Shown: positions 26,851 to 36,155 of the stretch, one piece after another | Layout: each line of letters begins with the position of its first letter | Numbering within the stretch: the first letter of the stretch is position 1 | From: an uncultured Candidatus Saccharibacteria bacterium | Lineage (GTDB): Bacteria > Patescibacteriota > Doudnabacteria > UBA920 | Assembly (NCBI GenBank): GCA_964536745.1 | Contig: CAZHYL010000002.1 | Coordinates: forward strand, 68,969 to 132,968 | Reading direction: 5' to 3' | Length of the DNA: 64,000 bases | Program-made: the position numbers and the translations under genes | The notes under the pieces: generated by a model | The model's database searches: none | Told to the model about the DNA's origin: nothing | What the model saw: the letters and a program-made list of their open reading frames with translations, nothing else

Positions 26851-27993
26851 ATGAAAATTGGCTTTGATTTCAGAATGGGTGGAAGTATAAATGCCGGAAT
26901 AGGTCGGTATAGTTTTGAGTTGCTCCAAGCCTTGTTAAGACAGAACCAGCAGCATGAGTTCGTAGTTTTTTATAATGAGTTTAATGTCAACATAAGAGAT
27001 CTAGAAGTTTTACAGAAGCTCAAAGTCCAATTAGTTAAAGCAAATTTTAGACATTATTCATACTCGGAACAGTTCGCATATCCAAAATTACTTAATAGTT
27101 ATGGTTTAGATTTAATGCATTTCCCCAACTTTAATGTACCAATTTTTTACAAAGGAGATTATGTAGTAACAATCCACGATATGGTTCACCATAAAATTAG
27201 TGGACATAAAAAAAGTCGTTATTATAAATTTTTAGCATATAAGTTTATAATTAATAGAGCTGCTCAAAAAGCTCTAAAGATTATTACAATCACTGAAGCA
27301 GCAAAGAAGGAGATTATAGAATTTCTAAGTGTCCCAGCAGATAAGGTTGAAGTTATCTATGAAGCTCCACCAGAACAAATTGAAGAGGCTTCAGATTTTT
27401 CGGAGCTAAAGAAAGCATATTTACTCAACAAACCATATTTATTATTTGTGGGTTCTTTAGAAAGAAAGAAGAATGTAATTAAGCTTTGCCAAGGCTTCGA
27501 TATATTATTGGACAAGTATAAATACGACCTTGATTTAGTAATTGCTGGTAAGGTTGACCCTCATTACCCCGAAATTCGTACTCAAGCGCTGGCGATTAAG
27601 CATCATGACAACCTAGTTTTCACAGGTTATGTTACTAATAGTGACCAGATAACTTTATATAAAAATGCTTTTGCCTTCGTGACGGCGTCTCTCCATGAAG
27701 GGTTCGGGTTGCCTGGCGTTGAGGCTATGCAGTACGGAATTCCTGTATTGGCAGCTAATACTGAAGTTTTTAATGAAGTATACGATAATGCAGCAATATT
27801 TTTTGATGGATCAGACCCAGCAGATATCGCAGAAAAAATTCATCTGTTAATAAGCGATCAACCGTTTTATGAATCTATGCAAAAAAAGAGTGTAGAACGT
27901 GCGAGTATTTTCTCTTGGCAGAAGGCCGCAAAACAGACATTAGAACTTTATCGAAACCTAAAAAGTGTTAGTTACGATCCAGAACAAGAATAA
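26851..27993 (+). CDS. Glycosyltransferase family 4
   Basis: 380 aa with EGFGLPGVEAMQYGIPVLAAN. Confidence 0.8.
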   Translation: MKIGFDFRMGGSINAGIGRYSFELLQALLRQNQQHEFVVFYNEFNVNIRDLEVLQKLKVQLVKANFRHYSYSEQFAYPKLLNSYGLDLMHFPNFNVPIFYKGDYVVTIHDMVHHKISGHKKSRYYKFLAYKFIINRAAQKALKIITITEAAKKEIIEFLSVPADKVEVIYEAPPEQIEEASDFSELKKAYLLNKPYLLFVGSLERKKNVIKLCQGFDILLDKYKYDLDLVIAGKVDPHYPEIRTQALAIKHHDNLVFTGYVTNSDQITLYKNAFAFVTASLHEGFGLPGVEAMQYGIPVLAANTEVFNEVYDNAAIFFDGSDPADIAEKIHLLISDQPFYESMQKKSVERASIFSWQKAAKQTLELYRNLKSVSYDPEQE

Positions 27994-27995
27994 AT

Positions 27996-29120
27996 ATGAA
28001 ATCAAAAAGAAAAAAATATGTCCTTTTGGCGGGTGGGCTAACAGGTGGTCCTATAAAACCACTGCTTGCAGTAGTAAATAAATGGAGGTCCGAAGAACCC
28101 GACATCACTCCCGTTATAGTAGACATAAAAAAGTCTGTTAGTTTGAATATTGCTAAAAATGAAGGGATAGAATTCAAGAGAATAGTTGCCGGTAAGTTAA
28201 GACGTTATTGGTCCATCTATAATCTATTAACACCAATACTATTTGTAATTAGCTTGATACAATCCTTCATTCTAATCAGAAGGTATAAACCGGTTTTAGT
28301 AATGGGAGCAGGAGGTTTTGTGCAACTACCGTTGATTGTAATGGCTTGGGTTTGCAGAATTCCAAGAATGATTCACCAACAAGATGTTACAGTTTCTCTA
28401 TCGAATCAACTAGCTGCACCGTTTGCAAACCTAATTACAACAACTTTTGAGTTTTCGATAAGGGACTTTCCTCAAGGGACAGGTTTGGGAAATAAATATA
28501 TTAACGGTTCAAAAGTTTACTGGACTGGAAACCCAACGGATATTATCAGTGATAAAGTTTCCTCGAAGGATGCTAAGTCAAAGCTATCTTTGCATAACCA
28601 ACTGCCTGTTTTATTTATTTTTGGTGGTGGTTCTGGCTCGCAAAGCCTAAATAAGCTTATTACAGAGAATTTAAAAGAGCTTACAAAAGTTGTTCAGATT
28701 TTACATATCACTGGGATAGGGAAGCAAAAGCCTGTGGTGCACGAAAATTATCATAGCTTTGAATTTGCCGATAATATGGGTGATTTTTATTCTGCAGCCG
28801 ATATTGTGATAGCTAGGGCAGGGATTGGTACCCTTACAGAATTGGCAGAGTTTGGTAAACCCAGTATAATTGTGCCATTGCCACAGACTCATCAAGAAAT
28901 GAATGCAGAACTACTTTTCAGGACGAAATCAGCTCTTGTACTAGATCAGGAAGACTTGGATGCAAAAATCTTGATTAATGCAATTAGAAAGATTTTGTTT
29001 GACCCTAATTATGAAAAACAATTAGTGCATAACCTAAGAGTTATTTTTCCGAAACATGCGAAAGAGAAAGTTGTGGAATTAATCATTAAGTTAATCACTC
29101 ACCGTGGACGAAAAAAATAG
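27996..29120 (+). CDS. murG: Undecaprenyldiphospho-muramoylpentapeptide beta-N-acetylglucosaminyltransferase
   Basis: 374 aa. N-terminal G-loop LAGGLTGGPIKPL and C-terminal ARAGIGTLTELAEFGKPSIIVPLP fit MurG (GT28). Confidence 0.75.
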   Translation: MKSKRKKYVLLAGGLTGGPIKPLLAVVNKWRSEEPDITPVIVDIKKSVSLNIAKNEGIEFKRIVAGKLRRYWSIYNLLTPILFVISLIQSFILIRRYKPVLVMGAGGFVQLPLIVMAWVCRIPRMIHQQDVTVSLSNQLAAPFANLITTTFEFSIRDFPQGTGLGNKYINGSKVYWTGNPTDIISDKVSSKDAKSKLSLHNQLPVLFIFGGGSGSQSLNKLITENLKELTKVVQILHITGIGKQKPVVHENYHSFEFADNMGDFYSAADIVIARAGIGTLTELAEFGKPSIIVPLPQTHQEMNAELLFRTKSALVLDQEDLDAKILINAIRKILFDPNYEKQLVHNLRVIFPKHAKEKVVELIIKLITHRGRKK

Positions 29121-30141
29121 TCATGTAAAAGTTGGGTTCGCTTTTAGTGGAGCATCTACGAGATCAATTTTCTATATTGGTTTTTTAGAAGTGCTTAAAG
29201 AAAATGACTTTCCGATTGATTTTATTGCTGCTTTGTCTGGGGCAACTATAGTAGCAGCTAGTTATGCTTGCAACTCTATGCCACAGTTCAAGAACTTAGC
29301 ACTGCAAATCAACAAAGAAGTAGTTTTCAGTCTAATAGAGCGCAGTAAAGGGAAGGCAGGACTTTACCAATTAGGACAATTCGAAGAATTAATCAGATTT
29401 TACACAAAGAATAAAAATTTTGAGGATGTAAAACCAAGACTAGCTTTTGTGGCAACAGATATCGTTGCTGGAGAAGAGGTCGTTCTACAGGTTGGTGACT
29501 TAGCTAAAGCAATTTGTGCTTCATGTACCTTACCTGTTGTCTTTGAACCAATGCATTGGGGTAATAAGATCTTAGTAGACGGCGGAGTAGTGAATGTAGT
29601 CCCAGGGAACGTTGCAAGAGAAGCGAATGTAGATTTAGTTATCGGAATAGATTTACGCGCTACAAGACACGTCTTTAGCCCTTGGCAAATCTTCTTACGC
29701 AAACTGGTTAACAGTATTAGATTTATTCTTTGGCCTAGGAAGGCACGTATTTTCTGGCAAACCTTAACAGAGAAAATTAAGGATTCGGATTTCTGGCAAA
29801 ATCATTTAATGATGAGTAACTTAAATGATAAGATGAAAGACCCTAAAATTATGACTGTTATTAATAGATCACTAGACATTGCAATCGCTGCTCAACAAAA
29901 GAGCAAGTCTAAAAACTTTGATTGTGATTTGTTAATTAGTCCCGAATTAACAATGCCATTTTGGAGGAAAGCTCTTTTCTTAAGATTTACTCACTTTGAT
30001 AATATGAAAGATTATTATCAAGCTGGGCGCGATTCAGCTTTAGAAAATTTACCGAAAATGTGGCAGTTACTAAAAGATAAAGAGAAAGAAAAGCAAGACA
30101 AGGCCCAAATAGTCAAAGAGTTATTCGAAAAAAATATATGA
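29104..30141 (+). CDS. Patatin-like phospholipase-domain protein. The oxyanion and nucleophile motifs look degenerate.
   Basis: 345 aa. The DGG catalytic-Asp motif (ILVDGGVVNVVPG) is present. The GGxR block reads FSGASTRS, and the expected GxSxG region reads LSGATIVAAS. Confidence 0.6.
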   Translation: MDEKNSHVKVGFAFSGASTRSIFYIGFLEVLKENDFPIDFIAALSGATIVAASYACNSMPQFKNLALQINKEVVFSLIERSKGKAGLYQLGQFEELIRFYTKNKNFEDVKPRLAFVATDIVAGEEVVLQVGDLAKAICASCTLPVVFEPMHWGNKILVDGGVVNVVPGNVAREANVDLVIGIDLRATRHVFSPWQIFLRKLVNSIRFILWPRKARIFWQTLTEKIKDSDFWQNHLMMSNLNDKMKDPKIMTVINRSLDIAIAAQQKSKSKNFDCDLLISPELTMPFWRKALFLRFTHFDNMKDYYQAGRDSALENLPKMWQLLKDKEKEKQDKAQIVKELFEKNI

Positions 30142-31550
30142 TAAATTTAGAAACTAATCCTAAAATTTATTTCATTGGAATCGGCGGCATCGCTATGTCT
30201 GCTACTGCTGGTATAAGTAAACAGTTAGGTTACGAAATTATTGGTAGTGATAGTAAAGAACTTTACGATCCCGCGAAATCAGTCCTTACTTCGTTAGGGA
30301 TAAATTATTCTGTTGGTTACGATGCTAAACACGTCACAGATTTAGGTGACTGCATTTTTATTGCATCAGCTGGAGAAGATTTATCCAACCCAGAAATTAA
30401 ATATCTTCACGACAATCAAATCCCGATTCATTCTTTAAGCGAGCTATTATATGAACTTTCGAAAGATAAAATTCGAATTGTAGTAGCCGGTACTCATGGT
30501 AAATCCACAACTACTGCTATTTTAGGAAAGACCCTGCAAGAAATAGACAACAGTTCATTTATGACTGGAGCAGTGTTGCTAGAAGAGAATCAAAATTTTC
30601 ATTTAGGCGATGGTCACTATTTCACCTTTGAAGGAGATGAATACAAAGCGTTATTCGATGACCCTACTCCAAAATTTCAACAGTATAAAGCAGATATTGC
30701 AATTTTAACCAATCTGGAGTTCGATCATCCTGATGTATTTTCCTCCATTGATGAAGTTAAGGATGAGTTTAGAGAAATGCTAGATTTAATGCCTAGCGAT
30801 GGTGTTATAGTTTACAACGCTGATTCGGTTGAGCTTGTTAGGCTGGCCCATGAAAGCAACCTGGGCCAAGTTAGTTACGCGTTAGATAACAAAGCAGACT
30901 TCGTAGCGACTAATATAGTAACCAATATTGACGGGACAACTTTCGACGTTCTGAAAACTGATCTTACAACAAAAGAAGAGAGTACCGAGCACTACACTAT
31001 CAATGCTTTCGGTAGAATCAACGTTTACAACGCCCTAGCAACTATTGCGACACTGCGAACTTTAGGATTCTCTGCGGAACAGGTAGCTGAAGGCTTGTTA
31101 GAGTTCAAAGGACTCAAGCGTCGTTTTGAATACATTGGAGAGAAAAATGGAATTTCTGTGTTTGATGATTACGCCCACCATCCAACTGCTATAAGTGAAA
31201 CCTTAAATTTAGCAAAACTAAGATTCCCAGATAAAAAGATTTGGGCAGTTTTCGAACCTCATACATTTAGTCGCACCCAAGCTGTTTTAGATGAACTTGC
31301 TAAGTGCTTTGAAGCTGCAGATGAGGTTTTACTTGCAGAAATTTACCCTGCGCGAGAGAAAGCTAGTGCTGGAACTATTACTGGTCAGCAAGTTGTTTCC
31401 GAAATAGCTAAGCATCATAATAATGTTAGATTAGTGGCAGATAAATCTGAAGCAAAATCGATTATTCAAACAGAAGGAAAACCAGGAGATGTTGTGGTTA
31501 TTATGGCTGTTGGAAATTTTAATACTTTAGCGAAAGAACTATGCAGTTAA
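30138..31550 (+). CDS. murC: UDP-N-acetylmuramate--L-alanine ligase
   Basis: 470 aa: IYFIGIGGIAMSATAG, GTHGKSTTTAILG. Confidence 0.9.
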   Translation: MINLETNPKIYFIGIGGIAMSATAGISKQLGYEIIGSDSKELYDPAKSVLTSLGINYSVGYDAKHVTDLGDCIFIASAGEDLSNPEIKYLHDNQIPIHSLSELLYELSKDKIRIVVAGTHGKSTTTAILGKTLQEIDNSSFMTGAVLLEENQNFHLGDGHYFTFEGDEYKALFDDPTPKFQQYKADIAILTNLEFDHPDVFSSIDEVKDEFREMLDLMPSDGVIVYNADSVELVRLAHESNLGQVSYALDNKADFVATNIVTNIDGTTFDVLKTDLTTKEESTEHYTINAFGRINVYNALATIATLRTLGFSAEQVAEGLLEFKGLKRRFEYIGEKNGISVFDDYAHHPTAISETLNLAKLRFPDKKIWAVFEPHTFSRTQAVLDELAKCFEAADEVLLAEIYPAREKASAGTITGQQVVSEIAKHHNNVRLVADKSEAKSIIQTEGKPGDVVVIMAVGNFNTLAKELCS

Positions 31551-32653
31551 TCGAAAATTTTCCTTTAGCGAAGTATTCGACTTTTTATATCGGCGGGCCT
31601 AGCCGATATTTGATTTACGTCACAGACCTAACAGAACTACAAGAAGCAGTAGCGTTTGCAAAATCAAAAGAACTACCCTTTTTCATCTTAGGAGAAGGTA
31701 GTAATTTATTGATTAGTGATAAAGGTTATAAAGGCGTGGTAATTAAAATGGAACTGCTCGGTATTGATTTGATTTCTGAAGATGAGGATTCCGTCATGTT
31801 GAAGATTGCCAGCGGTGAAAATTGGGATGATGTAGTTAGGTTTGCGGTCGAAGAAAACTGGTGGGGAATAGAAAACCTTTCTCATATCCCTGGCACAATG
31901 GGTGCGTTTAGTGTCCAAAATGTTGGAGCGTATGGCCAAGAGGCAAGTCAGGTTGTTTCTGAAGTCGAGGTGCTTGAAATTAATACAAATACGATTAAAG
32001 TTCTTACAGCAGCCGAATTAAATTTTTCTTACAGAAAAAGTATTTTTAACACCACACAAAAAAATAAATATATAATTCTTACGACCACGATTAGATTATC
32101 TAAAAATCCTGAACCAAAATTAGACTATGGTGACTTAAAGACAGAATTTGCAGAAACAGAGAAAGCTGGAAATCCTCCCACTATTAGTGCTATTCGTTCG
32201 GCAATAGTTAAAATACGCAATACTAAGTTTCCGTATCCTGATACTCCAACTCAAGGTAATAGTGGTTCGTTTTTTCGTGGCCCGATTCTTTCCGAATCAG
32301 AATTAGAAAGTTTGGCTGGAAATTTAAAGCAAAACTTTTCTGCAGATTGTTTTTCACGACTCTTGCAAATGAAAGATCGCCTTCAAGTACCACAAGGTTA
32401 TAAGACTCCTGCAGCGTTCCTGATTGAGTTATGTGGACTTAAAGATTTTTCTGTCGGTGGTGCCAAAATCAATCCAAGTCAACCTGCAATTATCTTAAAT
32501 TTTACAGGACGAGCTACCAGTACAGATGTCTTAGAACTATATAAAACTGTGAGTTTGGCAGTTTTAGAAAAGACTTCGGTTAGGCTGGGGATAGAGCCAG
32601 AATTACTTGGTTTTTCTGATGAAGAACTGACCTATTTTTCGGTTAAAAAATGA
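31541..32653 (+). CDS. murB: UDP-N-acetylenolpyruvoylglucosamine reductase
   Basis: 370 aa with an FAD-binding N-terminal domain (YSTFYIGGPSRYL...ILGEGSNLL). Confidence 0.85.
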   Translation: MQLIENFPLAKYSTFYIGGPSRYLIYVTDLTELQEAVAFAKSKELPFFILGEGSNLLISDKGYKGVVIKMELLGIDLISEDEDSVMLKIASGENWDDVVRFAVEENWWGIENLSHIPGTMGAFSVQNVGAYGQEASQVVSEVEVLEINTNTIKVLTAAELNFSYRKSIFNTTQKNKYIILTTTIRLSKNPEPKLDYGDLKTEFAETEKAGNPPTISAIRSAIVKIRNTKFPYPDTPTQGNSGSFFRGPILSESELESLAGNLKQNFSADCFSRLLQMKDRLQVPQGYKTPAAFLIELCGLKDFSVGGAKINPSQPAIILNFTGRATSTDVLELYKTVSLAVLEKTSVRLGIEPELLGFSDEELTYFSVKK

Positions 32654-32679
32654 TATAATAAGTACAGAAAGGAAACTCT

Positions 32680-33012
32680 ATGAATATCAATATAAAGGCA
32701 ACAAACACTACATTAACAGATAGTATAAAGGCAAATATAAACGATAAGTTATCCGTATTGGAAAAGTTTATGAGGCCAGAAGATATGGTCCATATAGAAA
32801 TTGCAGAGGACAGGAAGCATCAGAGTGGCGAGTTCTTCCGAGTAGATATTCAAATTAGCCCAAGAGGTTTTTACGCAGAAGCAAGAGGGAATGATTTTTA
32901 CGAAGCCCTAGATCTAGTAATTCCGAAGATTAAAAATCAGTTTTCAAAGGAAAAAGAGAAAGGTCTAAGTCTAAGGAAACGCTTAGGTAAATGGTTCGGC
33001 AAAGGTGAATAA
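32680..33012 (+). CDS. hpf: Ribosome hibernation-promoting factor / RaiA family
   Basis: 110 aa: MNINIKATNTTLTDSIKANINDKL... Confidence 0.8.
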   Translation: MNINIKATNTTLTDSIKANINDKLSVLEKFMRPEDMVHIEIAEDRKHQSGEFFRVDIQISPRGFYAEARGNDFYEALDLVIPKIKNQFSKEKEKGLSLRKRLGKWFGKGE

Positions 33013-33017
33013 ATATA

Positions 33018-33045
33018 AACAGCTGGAAACAGCTGTTTATTCTTA
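33018..33045 (+). terminator. Rho-independent terminator after hpf
   Basis: aacagctg-gaa-acagctgtt followed by a T-rich tract. Confidence 0.55.
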
Positions 33046-33150
33046 AATTACTACGCAAACTTTGAGTAAATCAGTATATGTATCTAAAAGCGCCCTCAAT
33101 TGTGGAAAATCCGTATTTTAGCTATACTAATCAGGTATTATTTATAAATT

Positions 33151-35883
33151 ATGTCAATATTTTCAAGGGTTTTTAAGTTTGCTTCCAATGATCCAACTAC
33201 GATATTTGGGGCAGATTTAGACAAAATTAACAATTTAAAGGACGAGATTGCAGGTCTCTCTGATGAACAGATAAAAGCGGAAATTCAGGGTTTTAAGGAT
33301 GATTTATCTAAATTCACAGAAAGTGAACAGATCTTCAAAAAATTATACGAGATTAGACCTCGTGTTTTTGCTTTAACCAGAGAAGCGGCAAAAAGAGCTA
33401 TCGGACAGTTCCACTATGACGTTCAAGTTATTGGTGGTCTAGCACTATCACAAGGGAAGATTTCAGAAATGAAGACCGGTGAAGGTAAGACCTTAACCGC
33501 AACTTTACCATTAGCATTATTTGCTCTTGCCGGAAAAGGTGCTCATTTAGTCACAGTTAATGATTACTTGGCAAGATGGCAAGCAAGTCTAATGGGTAAA
33601 GTTTTTCATCAATTGGGTTTATCAACAGCAAGCATCCAGCACGAAGCATCATTTTTGTACGATGAGAGTTATCAACCAGAACAAGAAGAACTTGATAAGC
33701 TAGAAAGTGAAACTCAAGGACTTGTTTTAGATGTTAAACATATGAGACCTGTCTCACGAAAAGAAGCTTATGCAGCAGACATTACTTACGGAACTAATAA
33801 TGAGTTTGGTTTTGATTACTTGCGTGATAACATGGTGCAAAATGTTGGCCAGCTGCGCCAGCGAGACTTATTCTATGCAATTGTCGATGAAGTCGACAGT
33901 ATTTTAATTGATGAAGCCAGAACTCCCTTAATTATCTCTCAACCAGATACTGAACCTACAGACAAGTATTATCAGTTTGCTAAGTTAGTCGAACGGCTTC
34001 AAGACGATGAAGACTATATTGTAGATGAGAAACACAAATCCGCTGGTCTAACCGATGAAGGAATTAATAAAATTGAAGATATCCTAAAAGTTGGTAACAT
34101 CTACGATACTTCTTCAGGAGTTACTACAATTCATCACATCGAACAGGCGTTACGTGCTAAGACTTTGTATAAAAAGGATCGTGATTATGTTGTCCGTGAT
34201 GGAGAAATTATCATTGTAGACGAATTCACTGGTCGTCTAATGTTTGGACGTAGATACAGCCAGGGCCTCCATCAGGCTATTGAAGCTAAAGAGAATGTAA
34301 AAATACAGCAAGAAAGCAAGACCTTAGCTACTATCACTTTCCAAAACCTGTTCCGTCTTTATGATAAACTTTCTGGAATGACTGGTACCGCAAAAACTGA
34401 AGAGGAAGAATTTTTCAAAATATATCAACTAGAAGTACTACAAATCCCGACTAACCGAGATATGGTCAGAATCGACAAACAAGATCTTGTCTATAAAAAT
34501 GAAAAAGGGAAGTTTGAAGCAATAGCTCGCGACGTAAAGGAAATGCATAAAAAGGGCCAACCAGTTCTGATTGGTACTGTTAGCATTGCCAAGAATGAAC
34601 TGCTAGCAGAACAGTTAAAGAAGTCTGGAATTCCTTTTGAAGTTTTAAACGCTAAGAATCACGAAAGAGAAGCACAGATTATCGCACAAGCAGGTAGATT
34701 TGGAGCTGTTACCTTAGCTACAAATATCGCTGGTCGTGGTGTAGACATTCTTTTAGGTGGTAATCCCGTGGATAAAGAAGAAGCACAAAAAGTACGAGAA
34801 GCTGGTGGATTAGCAGTTATTGGTACTGAACGTCACGAATCTAGACGTATTGATAACCAGCTTCGTGGACGTAGTGGTCGTCAGGGAGATCCTGGAATAA
34901 GTCAATTCTATGTTTCGATGGAAGATGACTTAATGCGCCTTTTTGGTGGTGGTAGAATGCAAAGTTTAATGGAAACTCTAAAAATTCCAGACGATCAACC
35001 AGTTGAGGCAAAATTAGTTTCTCGCTCTATAGAATCAGCTCAAAAGAAAATTGAGGGAATTAACTTTGATACTAGAAAGAATGTATTGGAGTTTGATGAT
35101 GTCTTAAACCACCAACGTAAAAATATTTACCGTCGTAGAAAACAATACTTAGTTGGTGCGGCGGATGAAGATGGTAATCAAATCCGTGCAGAAATCTTAG
35201 AATTAATTAAAAAAGAAGTCGCAGAAATTGTCTCTTACCATATTAGTAGCTTTGACTTTACAGAAGCAGTTGATAAGATCTTAGAAACTTGTAGCGGGTT
35301 TATGTTCATCGAACCAAACTACAAATCAATTTTAGATCAGACTTTAGAAAATGTTGCTGATAGGGAATTCGTGCTTATCGACGAACTTAATAAGCTAGCT
35401 TCCCAGCAAATGGATGCTAAAACAGAACAATTGGGAGAAGAATTATATGAGTCAGTGCTCAAATCTTTACTCTTATCTTCTATAGACCGTTTATGGATGC
35501 AGCATCTGGATACTATGGATCATTTAAGAGATTCGGTTAGGCTTCGTGGTTATGGTCAGAGAGACCCTTTGATTGAATATAAAAAAGAGGGCCATTCACT
35601 TTACCAAAGTTTATTAGCAGATATAGACAAACAGGTCATTTATGCAGCACTTAGAATTGGTGTAGAAACCCACACAGAGAATGGAGAACAACATCAACAT
35701 GTCACTCTCTCTAGTGGAAATCAAACAGCAAACCAAACCCAGCAAGCAGTAGTCTCCGAGGCGGACCCAAGAGCAGCTGGAATTGGTCGAAACGACGCTT
35801 GCTATTGCGGTAGTGGTAAGAAATATAAAAAATGCGGACTCTTAAATACTGCAGAGCATCAACAGTTAGTAGCTAAACTCTAA
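33151..35883 (+). CDS. secA: Preprotein translocase ATPase SecA
   Basis: 910 aa with DEAD-like motor motifs and a C-terminal zinc-binding tail (CYCGSGKKYKKC). Confidence 0.95.
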   Translation: MSIFSRVFKFASNDPTTIFGADLDKINNLKDEIAGLSDEQIKAEIQGFKDDLSKFTESEQIFKKLYEIRPRVFALTREAAKRAIGQFHYDVQVIGGLALSQGKISEMKTGEGKTLTATLPLALFALAGKGAHLVTVNDYLARWQASLMGKVFHQLGLSTASIQHEASFLYDESYQPEQEELDKLESETQGLVLDVKHMRPVSRKEAYAADITYGTNNEFGFDYLRDNMVQNVGQLRQRDLFYAIVDEVDSILIDEARTPLIISQPDTEPTDKYYQFAKLVERLQDDEDYIVDEKHKSAGLTDEGINKIEDILKVGNIYDTSSGVTTIHHIEQALRAKTLYKKDRDYVVRDGEIIIVDEFTGRLMFGRRYSQGLHQAIEAKENVKIQQESKTLATITFQNLFRLYDKLSGMTGTAKTEEEEFFKIYQLEVLQIPTNRDMVRIDKQDLVYKNEKGKFEAIARDVKEMHKKGQPVLIGTVSIAKNELLAEQLKKSGIPFEVLNAKNHEREAQIIAQAGRFGAVTLATNIAGRGVDILLGGNPVDKEEAQKVREAGGLAVIGTERHESRRIDNQLRGRSGRQGDPGISQFYVSMEDDLMRLFGGGRMQSLMETLKIPDDQPVEAKLVSRSIESAQKKIEGINFDTRKNVLEFDDVLNHQRKNIYRRRKQYLVGAADEDGNQIRAEILELIKKEVAEIVSYHISSFDFTEAVDKILETCSGFMFIEPNYKSILDQTLENVADREFVLIDELNKLASQQMDAKTEQLGEELYESVLKSLLLSSIDRLWMQHLDTMDHLRDSVRLRGYGQRDPLIEYKKEGHSLYQSLLADIDKQVIYAALRIGVETHTENGEQHQHVTLSSGNQTANQTQQAVVSEADPRAAGIGRNDACYCGSGKKYKKCGLLNTAEHQQLVAKL

Positions 35884-35889
35884 AAGTTT

Positions 35890-36153
35890 ATGACAACGCA
35901 CACAAAGAAAGTTCTGCGGCCATTCTTTGAAGCCTTACTGTCAGGTAAAAAATCTTACGAACTTAGATTAAATAACTTTGAAATAAACGAGGGTGATACA
36001 CTTGTGCTATTGGAGCAAGATGAAACTGGTACACTAACGGGTAGACAACTTGAGAAGATAGTTACTTATGTTGGAAATGTTGATTTAAACAACTCACACT
36101 GGCCTGTAGAGGAAATACTACAGAAAGGCCTAAAGATTATTTCTCTTAAATAA
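35890..36153 (+). CDS. ASCH-like DUF3850 domain protein
   Basis: 87 aa: FFEALLSGKKSYELRLNNFEINEGDTLVLLE matches the DUF3850 consensus pattern. Confidence 0.6.
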   Translation: MTTHTKKVLRPFFEALLSGKKSYELRLNNFEINEGDTLVLLEQDETGTLTGRQLEKIVTYVGNVDLNNSHWPVEEILQKGLKIISLK

Positions 36154-36155
36154 CA

